Positions 19,821 to 30,438 of a DNA stretch of 48,225 bases are shown piece after piece. The position numbers were made by a program, and so were the translations under genes. The notes under the pieces were generated by a model. It was given only the letters and a program-made list of their open reading frames with translations. It was not told the origin of the DNA and did not search any database. Origin of the DNA: an uncultured archaeon (GTDB lineage Archaea; Asgardarchaeota; Hermodarchaeia; Hermodarchaeales; Hermodarchaeaceae); contig CAYFXC010000015.1 of NCBI GenBank assembly GCA_964347045.1, positions 1 to 48,225 on the forward strand, in the 5' to 3' direction. Position 1 is the stretch's first letter. Every line of letters starts with the position of its first letter.

Positions 19821-20408
19821 TTAGTCCTTTTCAGCAACGGGCTTGCGGGTGAATAGGTTGTATTTATCTTCTCCACCCAATTCCATGAGAATTCGTTTGA
19901 TAATTATCTCTTTTGGAGCACGGATTTGTGTTCTTTCAGCAATATCTTGGAAACTGGTGAAAGAGGCTTTTCGTCGTTCTTCAAGGATGTCCCACATTAA
20001 CTTTTTACCGATTCCTGGAAGTAATTCCAAGCTATGCATCCTAGTTGTAAGTGGTCGGGCGTTGTTGAAAAAATCAACAAAACGGCCCTCCGATTTTTCA
20101 ACTAGTTTTTCAATTACAAAGGGTAATTCGCTTCGAGCAGTTGCAGTTAACACATCAAAGGTAATCCGTCGCTTAACATGGTCGATTTTATCCCGGCGGT
20201 CACGTCCAATGAAAATTGATTCTTGAGGATTAAATCGTGCTCCTTTTCTTGGGACTAATTCTAGGAGGGTAAAGTAGGTGTCACCAACTGCTTGGACAAT
20301 GGGGTCTTTTTTAAAAATTGGTCTTGTGTCCTCTGGGTAGCCACGTGGCAGGTGATCTAGGACGTAGGCGTATTCTTCAAACTTCTTCGTGGGTGGGCGT
20401 GTTGTCAT
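19821..20408 (-). CDS. DUF655 family predicted RNA-binding protein
   Basis: EEYAYVLD, FTLLEL, RMHSLELLPGIGKK; follows rpo4. Confidence 0.92.
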   Translation of the reverse strand: MTTRPPTKKFEEYAYVLDHLPRGYPEDTRPIFKKDPIVQAVGDTYFTLLELVPRKGARFNPQESIFIGRDRRDKIDHVKRRITFDVLTATARSELPFVIEKLVEKSEGRFVDFFNNARPLTTRMHSLELLPGIGKKLMWDILEERRKASFTSFQDIAERTQIRAPKEIIIKRILMELGGEDKYNLFTRKPVAEKD

Positions 20409-20479
20409 ATTTTACCCTCATAAAAGTAGTTTACAGAAGGTGCAGCGGACTTATCTCTTTTCCCGTTTTCTGCACGGCG

Positions 20480-20839
20480 CTACTTCTTTTTCTTTGCTGC
20501 CTCCTTCTTCATCGACGATACAAGAAGCTCCAAAATATCTGACAATTCGTCGGATGTATAAGTGCGAGGGGCTCTGGCGAGAAAAGAAGCAAGTTCCTCG
20601 GAAGTTGTGGGTGCGATGTCAACGAGTTGAATTGCCAAGGGTTCTTCCATCTCATATTTCTTCACGAACTTCTTGACCAATGCTTTTGCGGTTCGAGCGG
20701 GCAATGAAGAAAACTTCATTGTATGATCTAAGGTTACCCGTTGAATATAACTTAGCTCCGCTTTCTTACCACGTTTTATAAGTGTCATTTTTACTTCTGC
20801 GAGCGTAAGTGGTCGTGATTCAACGATTTCTTTTGCCAT
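20480..20839 (-). CDS. rpoF: RNA polymerase subunit Rpo4 (RpoF)
   Basis: LTLAEVK, ELSYIQ, AIQLVDIAP...EL; between eL21 and DUF655. Confidence 0.9.
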   Translation of the reverse strand: MAKEIVESRPLTLAEVKMTLIKRGKKAELSYIQRVTLDHTMKFSSLPARTAKALVKKFVKKYEMEEPLAIQLVDIAPTTSEELASFLARAPRTYTSDELSDILELLVSSMKKEAAKKKK

Positions 20840-20864
20840 GCTTGCTCCCTTTCCTGATTATTCC

Positions 20865-21164
20865 TTATTGTTTTCCACTAGGTCGGAGATGCTCTGGTCG
20901 AATTATGAGCAGTTTGGTTTTATTACCTAGTGTGGTTTCTACCTCATAAGCTCGACCACGACGTCCCTGAATGATACCCGCGCGACCATGGTAGCGTTTA
21001 TGGGGTTGACCACCATGAATTGCAGGATCAATGACAATGTCTACGCGGTCTCCTTCGGAATAAGGGCGCAGGAGTTTGCCTAAACTAGGCATGCCACGTT
21101 CGCGGACCTTTTTGGTCATCATTTTCCGGCTACCAACACGGTATCCGTGAGAGCGTTTTACCAT
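20865..21164 (-). CDS. rpl21e: Ribosomal protein eL21
   Basis: SHGYR, GQPHKRYHG, RPEHLR; true start is ATG 21164 overlapping the pus10 stop. Confidence 0.95.
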   Translation of the reverse strand: MVKRSHGYRVGSRKMMTKKVRERGMPSLGKLLRPYSEGDRVDIVIDPAIHGGQPHKRYHGRAGIIQGRRGRAYEVETTLGNKTKLLIIRPEHLRPSGKQ

Positions 21165-22513
21165 GGTAGTTTTTCCTCCACGATTGCTACATCTAGCACA
21201 TCTAGCTGAGTGCACACAGTAGGCGTGCCCAAGATTTTTGTGATACTTGGCACAGTGCGTCCCTCATCGCCCGATATAAATTCTTTGACATAGAGTCCAC
21301 CTTGGCAGTGAATGGTCAATTCAAAGGTTTTTGAGTCAATAGGAACGACCTTTAAAGCGTCAACACGCTTTTTCCGTACACGATCTGATCGGCGGTGGCT
21401 GACGCGCTGAGGGGTCCGTTGGTTTACGTGTAACGGAAACGGCATCTCCTCCAAGGATTTCAGTGTATCTTGGGGGATGGGTGCCTCAACATGCACAATC
21501 GCCTTATAAACCTTTTTGGATGAAGTGGCAGTACTTTTCAACCGTTTCACAACTTCTTTATTGGCAAAACGAAGATGGAACACTTTCACTTTACCCATGG
21601 TGGATTTGTTAATCCGCATCTGTGTTTGATCTAATGGAATTGATCGTGTTCGGGGATTGAGTACCTCGATTACAAAGGGTCGACCAGTTCCCAACATTAA
21701 TGCATCAATATCCTCGCGTCCTGCTCCATGAAACTTGACATCTGTTCCCCCTGTGAAATCGAGAACACTTGGGGCAATGAGCTCTTCGACAGATTCTGCA
21801 TACATTTTTCCAGTTTGTTTACAACGGGGACAGCCTTTTCCTCGACATTCTCGGCAAGGCCATCGGGTTTGCGGGATACCTCGGACAAGTTTTTGGTAGC
21901 GTCCATAGAGAAATAACGAATGAACTTCGAGCTCAACATCAAACTCGGGTATTCGCGTCAGTGCCACAATATCTGGTGAATCAAAATCTACAACTAGATT
22001 TAATTTTACTGAGACAAGTTTTCCAATTTCACGGTTGAGTTCAGCCTTGATGGTTTCGCCTGTGTCGATTTGAAATTCACTACGTAGCTGTTCTTCCTTC
22101 TCAATAATTGTAGGTTTAACTTTGGTGCCAATGAGAATCGAGGTTGCTTCCCAACCCTTTAGGGCGTGTATCACTGCTTGGGATGCTTCTTGGAGTTGAT
22201 CCATTACACCTCCGCAAATATCACATTTCTGATATGGTTTGAGGTCTCTTATTCCCTCTTTTTCAAGGAACTCTCTTGCAGGTTGAAATTGCCCATTTTC
22301 TGCAAGACGACGAATGAGTGTAATGCCTCGTTTGGGATCACTGTGGTATGTCTCTGTTCCCGCCATTAGCAGTAGGGTTTTCAGAGCGATTCCGCGATCC
22401 TTATTGGACAGCCCATACCCACGCATGGCGAATTGTCTACCTAAACACCAGTCATCAATGGTGTATTGACGGAGAATCTTCTGTGCACTTTTAATCATAT
22501 TTCCCAAGGACAT
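21158..22513 (-). CDS. pus10: tRNA pseudouridine(54/55) synthase Pus10
   Basis: GRYQK.VRGIPQTRW, FHGAGREDIDA, QRTPQRV, GLYVKE. Confidence 0.95.
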   Translation of the reverse strand: MSLGNMIKSAQKILRQYTIDDWCLGRQFAMRGYGLSNKDRGIALKTLLLMAGTETYHSDPKRGITLIRRLAENGQFQPAREFLEKEGIRDLKPYQKCDICGGVMDQLQEASQAVIHALKGWEATSILIGTKVKPTIIEKEEQLRSEFQIDTGETIKAELNREIGKLVSVKLNLVVDFDSPDIVALTRIPEFDVELEVHSLFLYGRYQKLVRGIPQTRWPCRECRGKGCPRCKQTGKMYAESVEELIAPSVLDFTGGTDVKFHGAGREDIDALMLGTGRPFVIEVLNPRTRSIPLDQTQMRINKSTMGKVKVFHLRFANKEVVKRLKSTATSSKKVYKAIVHVEAPIPQDTLKSLEEMPFPLHVNQRTPQRVSHRRSDRVRKKRVDALKVVPIDSKTFELTIHCQGGLYVKEFISGDEGRTVPSITKILGTPTVCTQLDVLDVAIVEEKLPW

Positions 22514-22561
22514 TAAGCCAACGTCAACTGTGCCGCTTTTTCAGTCTTTCTGCATCACTAT

Positions 22562-23125
22562 CTAACAGGTATCCAAAGTATGAATTACTTCCAGAATAGC
22601 AACATCACGAGGAATCTGCTTTTGATATTTTGCGATATTTACAGCAATCAGATCATTCTTTTCCCAATCTTCATAAAGCGGGCAATATATGGCTAGCTTT
22701 GAGAATTCAAATAACCGCTCTTTCCATGTTGGGATTTTGTTTGGAATTAGAAGTAAAGTATCTTGATTTAGACCATCTGCCAGCCGATCACGAATAGACT
22801 CCTCTGAGATAGTCACTCCAAAGGGGATCTTAGTGTTAGTGTGTGCGCGAGCTTCTTGAGACCGTAAAATGATATGTAGAATGGATCGTTCGTCGGTGCC
22901 GAGATAGCGGATTGTTGTGGGATTCAGAGTGAGAGTAAATGTATCCGGTTGGTGAAATCCAATGATTATTCGAACCCATTCACGAAGGGCATGGGACACA
23001 CAAAATCCGGCACGGATACAATGGGCAATATCGACATATGGCTGGGAAATGACCCCGATGTCAAGTTCTGTTTTGGTCAGATTATTGCTAGCAGGTGAGT
23101 CAAGAAAAATGTGGAAACGGGGCAA
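22562..23125 (-). CDS. Divergent TrmY-like SPOUT protein
   Basis: HC..AGF.VSHALR and GTDERS resemble TrmY; syntenic between srp54 and pus10; C-terminal SAM-binding loops not recognisable. Confidence 0.6.
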   Translation of the reverse strand: MPRFHIFLDSPASNNLTKTELDIGVISQPYVDIAHCIRAGFCVSHALREWVRIIIGFHQPDTFTLTLNPTTIRYLGTDERSILHIILRSQEARAHTNTKIPFGVTISEESIRDRLADGLNQDTLLLIPNKIPTWKERLFEFSKLAIYCPLYEDWEKNDLIAVNIAKYQKQIPRDVAILEVIHTLDTC

Positions 23126-24487
23126 CTATCGAGCGCCTCGAGGAAGTTTCTGATCCCTCATCAAACCTTCCATTCCAGGAATACGAAGGCCTCCACGACG
23201 TTTGCGAATGGTTTTGATGAACTTTCGTGATTGCTGGTATTGTTTAAGTAACTCTTTTACATCCTTTGGGTGGGTCCCAGACCCCCGGGCGATTCGTGCT
23301 GTGCGAGAACTTTTGATAATCTTCGGATTTTCTAATTCTTCTTCAGTCATCGATTTCATGATGACCTTCCACTTCTCCAAGTTTTCTTCGGCTACATCTT
23401 TCATCTCATCTGGCACTTTGTAACCTAGCCCGAGCATGCTTAGGATTTTTCCAATGGAACCTACATTACCCATTGCTTCCATTTGATTCATCATATCTTT
23501 CAGGGTGAATTTTCCAGATAGGAGTGCCTTGGCTAAATCCTTATCTGGCATCGCCTCAGAGTCTTGCACCTTTTTCAGAAGGGCTTTAAAATCTGCCATA
23601 CCTAAAAGCTGACCCACAAATTTCGTTGGCTCGAATTTTTCGATATCGTTGACTTTCTCACCCGTTCCGATGTATTTGATGGGTGCTCCAGTTGCTGCAA
23701 CTGCTGAAAGCGCCCCTCCACCCCGGGCTGATCCATCCAGCTTCGTGACAATTATGGACCCAATTGGTGTCGCAGCGTTGAAGGCTTCAGCTTGTGTTGA
23801 GGCTTGTTGACCCAAGGTTCCGTCAACCACGAGAATAATTTCTGTTGGGTTCAAAGCCTTAGCGATTTGTTTCATTTCTTTGATAAGACCTTTCTCCTCT
23901 TTATGACGTCCCGCTGTATCAACCAAGATGACCTCTGTCTTTTCTGTTTGGTAATGTTTCACGCCTTTTTTAGCAATTTTTATCGAGTCCTTTTCCTTCG
24001 GATCTCCAAAGCAGGGGACATCCGCTTGCTCAGAAAGTTGTTTTAATTGGTCGAAAGCTCCAGGACGAAATGTATCGGCTGCAACTACTCCGACGCTATG
24101 TCCCTCTTTTTTGAGCAGTTTCGCTAATTTGACAATATTAGTGGTTTTTCCACTTCCCTGAATGCCTACAACGAGATAGATATTCGTCTGTTTAGGTCGT
24201 AGGGTGAGGGGGACCATTTTTTGTCCGAGGATCTCGGTGAGTTCGTCATACACAACTTTAACTATGTATTCTCGACGGGAAATCCCAGGAGCGATTTCAT
24301 CTTTTAGTGCCCGTTTTTCAATCTTCTTTGTTAAATCCATAACCAGATGGACATTAACATCAGCTTGAAGGAGCGCTCGTTGTAGATCCTTCACTAGCTC
24401 TTTCACAGCCTTCTCATCTACAACAGAAGACCGTAGTAACTTCTGAATTGCTTGATGAAGCGATGAACCTAATTTTCCTAGGACCAT
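23126..24487 (-). CDS. srp54: Signal recognition particle protein SRP54
   Basis: [28 protein letters not shown] domain (RIARGSG). Confidence 0.97.
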   Translation of the reverse strand: MVLGKLGSSLHQAIQKLLRSSVVDEKAVKELVKDLQRALLQADVNVHLVMDLTKKIEKRALKDEIAPGISRREYIVKVVYDELTEILGQKMVPLTLRPKQTNIYLVVGIQGSGKTTNIVKLAKLLKKEGHSVGVVAADTFRPGAFDQLKQLSEQADVPCFGDPKEKDSIKIAKKGVKHYQTEKTEVILVDTAGRHKEEKGLIKEMKQIAKALNPTEIILVVDGTLGQQASTQAEAFNAATPIGSIIVTKLDGSARGGGALSAVAATGAPIKYIGTGEKVNDIEKFEPTKFVGQLLGMADFKALLKKVQDSEAMPDKDLAKALLSGKFTLKDMMNQMEAMGNVGSIGKILSMLGLGYKVPDEMKDVAEENLEKWKVIMKSMTEEELENPKIIKSSRTARIARGSGTHPKDVKELLKQYQQSRKFIKTIRKRRGGLRIPGMEGLMRDQKLPRGAR

Positions 24488-24545
24488 TGTAATTGCCTAC
24501 CTACGAATACTGGACGGATAACTCAACACGCTATCTTAATTCTTT

Positions 24546-25487
24546 CTAATCGGAGTCAACGTCCTCTAATACGGCACCAATGATTAGTGGAAAGAGGGTG
24601 GTAGCATCGCCAATGACAGTTTCAAAATTTGCTTCTGCTTTCACCTTCCCCCATGATATTCCCTCTTGAAGTTTGGCCCCACTTAGGCTTCCGTCTTCTT
24701 CTCGAGCCATAGTGATTTGAATTGCACTATCTAGTCCGCCCCGTAGGATATTGGCGCCAAGGGTAAAATGTTTGGGCAATCCACCACCTAAAATTATAGC
24801 TCCAATTCGTTTTGCATCATGAACATAATTATAAAGAATTTCCATGTCTTTTAGCCCATTGAGCTTCAAAGGATGTAGTTGACCGAATAGGGCAACGTGT
24901 AAGCCGAGCATCGAGTCTAAAATGCCTGGACAAAAAATGGGTACTTCTTTTTGAACTGCTTGGTGGATTATGGAGTTCTCATCTCTTACATATTTTCCAA
25001 TTTTCTTGATGAGCTCTGATGGAGAGAGCCCCTCTGTACGTTCTGCTTCTGAGGTTTTACTCAAAACCGCGCGAATTGTCTCTTCGAATTTCTCAAATCC
25101 GGTGGTTTCAACGTAAACGTCACCAGCTCGCCCAAGTTGTTGTTTCGCTAGCTCTCGATCATCTGCGTGCAGAGTTCCTTTTACGTGGTGACCACCTATT
25201 GCTTCAAGCACGTCATGAACTACATTTGCTCCACTTGTCACGATCGCATGAATTCGTCTAGTTTTTACTAAGTATGATATAATATTGCGTAAACCGCCTG
25301 GAACCATAGGTCCTGCCATGGCTAAGAAGACGAAATAATCAGAGTCTGTGAAGATTTTTTTCACAATCTGTGTTGCTCTAGCGACCCTACCTGCACCCAA
25401 AACTCCTGCTCGTTGATACTGTTTCACCAACTCGTTTAGGGACATTCCCTTCGTGAGCTTCATTTGCTTAACATATCGACGAGACAT
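24546..25487 (-). CDS. dys: Deoxyhypusine synthase
   Basis: GGGLPKH, GSLSGA, EGISWGK (active Lys); adjacent to aIF5A. Confidence 0.93.
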   Translation of the reverse strand: MSRRYVKQMKLTKGMSLNELVKQYQRAGVLGAGRVARATQIVKKIFTDSDYFVFLAMAGPMVPGGLRNIISYLVKTRRIHAIVTSGANVVHDVLEAIGGHHVKGTLHADDRELAKQQLGRAGDVYVETTGFEKFEETIRAVLSKTSEAERTEGLSPSELIKKIGKYVRDENSIIHQAVQKEVPIFCPGILDSMLGLHVALFGQLHPLKLNGLKDMEILYNYVHDAKRIGAIILGGGLPKHFTLGANILRGGLDSAIQITMAREEDGSLSGAKLQEGISWGKVKAEANFETVIGDATTLFPLIIGAVLEDVDSD

Positions 25488-25535
25488 TGTATGAGAACCG
25501 AATCCGATTGTTTCACGTAAATGAAGGGCTGTTCA

Positions 25536-25940
25536 TTACCGGCGACGGATGAGCTTTTTTTGACCCATTACAATCCAATATTCTACTTGGATACCCTGTT
25601 CGATTTTTCCCTCAAAGTCTTCTTCACTTGGCATGGGCTCTTCGAAGCTCTCATAGCTTTCCATATCCATTAAGCCCAAGACGGGAGGCGTGGCATCAGT
25701 AATGTAGTTGACTTGCGCGACCCGTTTATCAATAACGGGTGAGTCAACTTTTGTGTCAGTTGGTAATACTATACTTTTCTTTGAACCATCAAAGACGCCA
25801 ACGGCTGTTATCCGGGCTTTGGCATGACCGTGCTTACCCGATTTGCTCTTCTCAATACTCACTACTCTGTAAGGCGCCTCCTCAATTATGAGATACCGAC
25901 CAACTTTCAAGCTTCCAGCTTCGACAACTTTATGCGACAA
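25536..25940 (-). CDS. eif5a: Translation factor aIF-5A
   Basis: SKSGKHGHAKAR hypusine loop. Confidence 0.96.
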   Translation of the reverse strand: MSHKVVEAGSLKVGRYLIIEEAPYRVVSIEKSKSGKHGHAKARITAVGVFDGSKKSIVLPTDTKVDSPVIDKRVAQVNYITDATPPVLGLMDMESYESFEEPMPSEEDFEGKIEQGIQVEYWIVMGQKKLIRRR

Positions 25941-26113
25941 CTTCAGCCACCGTCTCCGATAAAATTCAAGAGCTCACTTAAACCTTTTTACTCATTGGCA
26001 AAAGTCCAAATATAATGAAATCTTGACACTTTTCACAGACGCAAAACTAGAAAATCATGGAGACGCTATCAGCCCCTATCAAATAGTACCCTATCACAAG
26101 ACAAAGGCCAGAG

Positions 26114-26650
26114 GTGTTTATCATAACAATAGAAAAACCGCTCATCTTTGTTGTCGACACCTCAGCAGTATATCGACAAATCCAATTTACAGTGGAAGAT
26201 GTTCAACTAGCAACTACGCCGATTATCGAGAAGGAAATGTACCGAAAAGGGATCAAAGAAACAATTGACTTGCTCAAGGCTACAGAAAAACTTCAAATCA
26301 TCGAACCTACACCCCAATCGCTTGAGAAGGTCAAAACAACGGCTACTCAACTGGGTGATCTCCCCTACCTATCGGAACCAGATCAACAGCTTCTAGCCTT
26401 GGCTTTAGATCTTGATTCCCAAAATTTTCATGTGGTTGTATTAACTGATGATTACTCAATACAAAACGTTGCAAAACGCTTATCCTTAGAATTCAAATCT
26501 GCATCCACATCAGGTATCCGCGAAATAATCAACTGGGAAACCTATTGTAGTGCCTGTGGTCATAAAGAACCAAAATCCACAAAAGATGACATATGTCCAG
26601 TTTGTGGTACAATACTCAAACGGCGCGCGGTTCGCAAGGAGCAAATCTAA
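26114..26650 (+). CDS. nob1: Nob1-family PIN/Zn-ribbon endonuclease
   Basis: VVDTSA, LSEPD, TDDYSIQNVA, CSAC...CPVCG; exact start uncertain. Confidence 0.9.
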   Translation: MFIITIEKPLIFVVDTSAVYRQIQFTVEDVQLATTPIIEKEMYRKGIKETIDLLKATEKLQIIEPTPQSLEKVKTTATQLGDLPYLSEPDQQLLALALDLDSQNFHVVVLTDDYSIQNVAKRLSLEFKSASTSGIREIINWETYCSACGHKEPKSTKDDICPVCGTILKRRAVRKEQI

Positions 26651-26720
26651 TCAACATTAGTGTGATAGTCAACAAAATTTAAGAAGCCTATAACCATTCC
26701 TCTGAATCACATTCGAAGTA

Positions 26721-26912
26721 ATGAAGGCGAAAATCATGAGTGAAAGCAAATCAACATTCTGCTCATGCTGTGGGGGGCTTGTTACGCCCCGTGAAAACTC
26801 AGTCCAATTTACATGTCCCGCATGTGGGAATTATACTATTCGACGATGCCAAAAGTGCCGAGAATTCGCAAATACGTACACATGCCCTGCATGTAATTTC
26901 CAAGGTCCATAG
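26721..26912 (+). CDS. Small zinc-finger protein (DUF1610/HVO_2753-like)
   Basis: Four CxxC motifs, FTCPACG, ends FQGP; conserved position before aEF-1beta. Confidence 0.88.
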   Translation: MKAKIMSESKSTFCSCCGGLVTPRENSVQFTCPACGNYTIRRCQKCREFANTYTCPACNFQGP

Positions 26913-26951
26913 AGGGTTTTTTCTTTAATCATTAGGTGAAGGTTATTTGAG

Positions 26952-27218
26952 ATGGGAAAGGTTCTTGCCATTATGAAAATCATGCCCGAAGACGCAAACA
27001 AACCTATTGGCGAATTGCGTCAACGAATTGATCAATCCCTCGAAGGGAAAGTGCATGTCGAAGCTTGGGAAGAAATCCCAATTTTTGGTCCACTATATGC
27101 TCTTCGCCTTCGGTTCATCGTTGATGATGAAGCAGGCGGCACTTCGTTCGTCGAAGAGCTCATTAAGAAAGTTAATGGCGTTGGCCAAATCGAAATCGAG
27201 GCTGTCAGCCTAATTTAA
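26952..27218 (+). CDS. ef1b: Elongation factor 1-beta
   Basis: MGKVLAIMKIMPED, EIPIFG, GGT..VEE. Confidence 0.9.
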   Translation: MGKVLAIMKIMPEDANKPIGELRQRIDQSLEGKVHVEAWEEIPIFGPLYALRLRFIVDDEAGGTSFVEELIKKVNGVGQIEIEAVSLI

Positions 27219-27242
27219 AAAATTTCTTTTAAATCTATGAAA

Positions 27243-27381
27243 GGGTCCCCGAAGGTGTTCTTAGGGATTGCTCACGGAGCGTTGTTCTCTGGGAAAGTCA
27301 TTTACGGGGCCATGGCATGCCCATTGGAGGTCTGTGTGTGACATCCAAGAATCTCCCGACTTCAGTCGTGGACTGTGTCAA
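27243..27381 (+). mobile_element. Non-coding remnant of an IS200/IS605-family element (TnpB right end / omegaRNA-like), no transposase
   Basis: Ends in CAAGAATCTCC-CGACTTCAGTCG-TGGACTGTGTCAA, matching the 'GAATC + palindrome + TGTCAA' right-end pattern; several further hairpins; GC-rich relative to its flanks. Left boundary approximate. Confidence 0.6.
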
Positions 27382-27425
27382 AGTTTTTTATGTGTTGTTG
27401 CAGTTGCATTATATGGAGAATTACA

Positions 27426-29618
27426 GTGGAAGAAGATCAGCCTCCGAAAGGAAAAGCAATTTCTGTGCGTGTTAAAAAAGCCCATGAGCGTGACGCGGGT
27501 CGATTCATTGTCCGCATTGATTCCAAAACAATGGAAAAACTCGGTGTTCAAACTGGGGATATCATTGGAATCAAAGGACGAAAAGAAACTGCTGGTATTG
27601 TGTGGCCAGCATATCCACAAGACGAAGGCCAAAACATCATTCGAATGGATGGTCGGATGCGCCGTAATGCCGGAATAAGTTTAGAAGAACCCTTATCGAT
27701 TTACACAGTTCAAGAACGTCCTGCGTTATCTGTTGTCCTTGCTCCCCTTGAAATGCGATTTCCTGTCAAAGACTTTGATGACTTCGTTAAACAAAAACTT
27801 CTCAACTGTCCAGTTGTAAAAGATGACACCGTCCACGTTTCTATTCTTGGACGTCCTGTCCGTTTCATCGTTCGACGCTCTCGACCAACGGGTGTTGTGC
27901 TTATCGCTTTGAATTCACAACTTTCAATTCAAAGTGAACCACCAAAAGAACTCGATATTGGTGTTCCGCTTATTACTTATGAGGAAATTGGTGGGCTTGA
28001 ACATGAAATTCAACGCATCCGAGAAATGGTTGAACTACCATTGAAACATCCCGAACTGTTCGCACGATTAGGAATAACACCACCAAAAGGGGTTCTTCTT
28101 TTTGGTCCTCCCGGATGTGGAAAAACGCTCCTTGCACAAGCCGTTGCTAATGAATCAGAAGCCCATTTCATTTCCATCAACGGACCTGAAATCATGAGCA
28201 AGTTTTACGGCGAATCGGAAAAGCGCCTTCGCCAACTTTTCGAAGAGGCAGAAAAGAATGCCCCAAGCATTGTATTCATTGACGAATTAGATGCCATAGC
28301 ACCAAAACGTGAAGAAGTAATCGGCGAAGTTGAACGCCGTGTAGTCGCTCAACTGCTCGCCGTCATGGATGGACTCCAAAAACGAGGAGAAGTTATTGTT
28401 ATCGGTGCGTCTAATCGCCCCAACGCTATTGACCCCGCACTTCGACGACCTGGTCGATTTGATCGTGAAATTGAGATTCGCGTCCCTGATAAAGAAGGAC
28501 GACTTGAGATTATGCGCATTCATTCGCGGGGTATGCCACTTGAATCCGTGAAACCTGAAGGTATTGCAGAAATTACACATGGATTCGTGGGAGCGGATTT
28601 GGCGGCTCTTTGCCGAGAAGCGGCGATGAATGCCTTACGTCGATATCTTCCTCGTATTAATCTCGAAGAGGAAGAAATTCCCCCCGAAGTACTTGCAGAT
28701 TTACGAGTAACTAATGACGATTTCATTGAGGCTCTTCGAGAGATTCAACCTACGGCGATGCGTGAGGTTACCATAGAGGTTCCCAATGTTCGTTGGTCTG
28801 ACATTGGAGGTCTTGAAAAAATTAAACATAAGCTTCAGCAGGCGGTTCAGTGGCCTTTACAACATCCTGATTCCTTTTCACGAATGGGAGTTGAACCCCC
28901 TCGAGGAGTCCTACTTTATGGTCCACCTGGTTGTGGTAAAACCATGCTTGCTCGAGCTGTAGCTACTGAAAGCGAGGCTAACTTCATCAGCATTAAAGGC
29001 CCTGAGGTACTCAGTAAATGGGTTGGTGAGTCTGAAAAAGCCGTTCGGGAAGTCTTTCGTAGAGCGCGTCATGCGGCTCCTGCGATAATCTTCTTTGACG
29101 AAATAGATGCTATTGCACCCGCAAGAGGTACAGGTGCTGGAGATTCGCATGTCACTGAACGTGTTATCAGCCAATTTCTCACTGAAATTGATGGCATTCA
29201 ATCTCTGAAAGATATTGTGGTTCTGGCTGCAACTAATCGACCTGATCTCTTGGACCCCGCGATGCTCCGTCCTGGGCGATTTGATCGTCACATCCTTGTT
29301 CCTGCTCCTGACGAAGGTGCGAGAAAACAAATCTTTGAAATCTATACGAAAGGTATGCCCATCGCGAAGGATGTTAACTTAGACGAGTTAGTGAAGTTAA
29401 CACGGAATTTTGCAGGAAGTGATATCGCGGCATGTTGTCGTGAAGCGGCTCTTGCTGCCCTTGAAGAGAGCATGAAATCCACGAAAATAACTCGAAAGCA
29501 CTTCTTAAAAGCGATTGAAGAAGTTAGTCCGACAATTACAGCGGAAATGGAGAAAGCCTATCTCACTTGGGGTAAACGTGCAAAACAAACTCATCCAAGC
29601 ACGTCACCTTTCACATAA
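27426..29618 (+). CDS. cdc48: CDC48/VAT AAA+ ATPase
   Basis: N-domain plus two AAA modules (GPPGCGKT twice, DELD/DEID, RPGRFDR); GTG 27426 taken as start. Confidence 0.96.
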   Translation: MEEDQPPKGKAISVRVKKAHERDAGRFIVRIDSKTMEKLGVQTGDIIGIKGRKETAGIVWPAYPQDEGQNIIRMDGRMRRNAGISLEEPLSIYTVQERPALSVVLAPLEMRFPVKDFDDFVKQKLLNCPVVKDDTVHVSILGRPVRFIVRRSRPTGVVLIALNSQLSIQSEPPKELDIGVPLITYEEIGGLEHEIQRIREMVELPLKHPELFARLGITPPKGVLLFGPPGCGKTLLAQAVANESEAHFISINGPEIMSKFYGESEKRLRQLFEEAEKNAPSIVFIDELDAIAPKREEVIGEVERRVVAQLLAVMDGLQKRGEVIVIGASNRPNAIDPALRRPGRFDREIEIRVPDKEGRLEIMRIHSRGMPLESVKPEGIAEITHGFVGADLAALCREAAMNALRRYLPRINLEEEEIPPEVLADLRVTNDDFIEALREIQPTAMREVTIEVPNVRWSDIGGLEKIKHKLQQAVQWPLQHPDSFSRMGVEPPRGVLLYGPPGCGKTMLARAVATESEANFISIKGPEVLSKWVGESEKAVREVFRRARHAAPAIIFFDEIDAIAPARGTGAGDSHVTERVISQFLTEIDGIQSLKDIVVLAATNRPDLLDPAMLRPGRFDRHILVPAPDEGARKQIFEIYTKGMPIAKDVNLDELVKLTRNFAGSDIAACCREAALAALEESMKSTKITRKHFLKAIEEVSPTITAEMEKAYLTWGKRAKQTHPSTSPFT

Positions 29619-29648
29619 AACTGTTGAGCGACTTCGTAACTGGAATTG

Positions 29649-29909
29649 CTAGTCTTCAGCAATGGCTAGATATCGACGTTCACCAAGTAATTCGATTTTT
29701 CGTTTTGTTTTAGTAATTTGCTGAACATGAATTTTGCCGCTGATTTCTAGCTCCATGAGGGCCCGGTCTAACTCATCTGGTGCGACATTCACGCGGTTAG
29801 TTTTGAGCAACCGTGTTAGCTCTTTGTCGATTAGTACGCCTTGGCGTTTTTCTAGAATAGAAAGTATGACATTTCGAAGGGGAATTGTTCTCCACGTCAA
29901 AGCATTCAA
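29649..29909 (-). CDS. Small winged-helix protein
   Basis: ELDRALMELEISGKIHVQQ wHTH pattern; start may be TTG 29900. Confidence 0.7.
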   Translation of the reverse strand: MNALTWRTIPLRNVILSILEKRQGVLIDKELTRLLKTNRVNVAPDELDRALMELEISGKIHVQQITKTKRKIELLGERRYLAIAED

Positions 29910-30078
29910 CCTCTTTGTTAGTAACAGAAAATATTCTGATCTCGATAAAGATTAATATCTCGTTGGTGATGTCAGGTCAAGACAGGCATGAGAGCATTTT
30001 AAAGTTTCTCCTTACTCGGGAAGGTGAAAAAACAATACAACTTTAAGAAACATATTGTGAAATTCTACGCTAGAGCAA

Positions 30079-30438
30079 ATGGCGGCCCCTTCGATGTCAG
30101 CTGATCCTTTTATCAGAACTCCTGCAGTGTATACCGATATCGGTAGAATCTCATCTGAATCTGCAGGTCAACGTGTTCGTGTAATGGGGTTCGTCGTTGA
30201 TATCCAAGATCAAACAGGGTTCACCCTCAGTGATGATACAGGTCGAATTTCCGTGGTTACCGAACAGCCCCCGAAGCTCCAATCCTTTGTAAGAGCATTT
30301 GGCACAATCGCCGTCTCTCAGGAGGGTCAACCTTTGATACGCGCTGAAATAATTCAAGATCTTTCTGCACTTGATAAACAGTTATTTAGGCGTGTATTGA
30401 AAATAGTCCAAACCGCTCCCCGCGGGAGGAGTTCCTAG
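30079..30438 (+). CDS. Single-OB-fold RPA14/RPA3-like ssDNA-binding subunit
   Basis: R.PA, RVRVMG, LSDDTG, VRAFG, AEIIQDLS.LD pattern as in archaeal RPA14. Confidence 0.75.
   Translation: MAAPSMSADPFIRTPAVYTDIGRISSESAGQRVRVMGFVVDIQDQTGFTLSDDTGRISVVTEQPPKLQSFVRAFGTIAVSQEGQPLIRAEIIQDLSALDKQLFRRVLKIVQTAPRGRSS

Noticed and set aside
27243-27381. RNase P RNA or SRP RNA
   Set aside because: GGGAAAGTC only loosely resembles the RNase P P4 motif, the region is too short and the 3' conserved elements are missing; an IS right end fits better.
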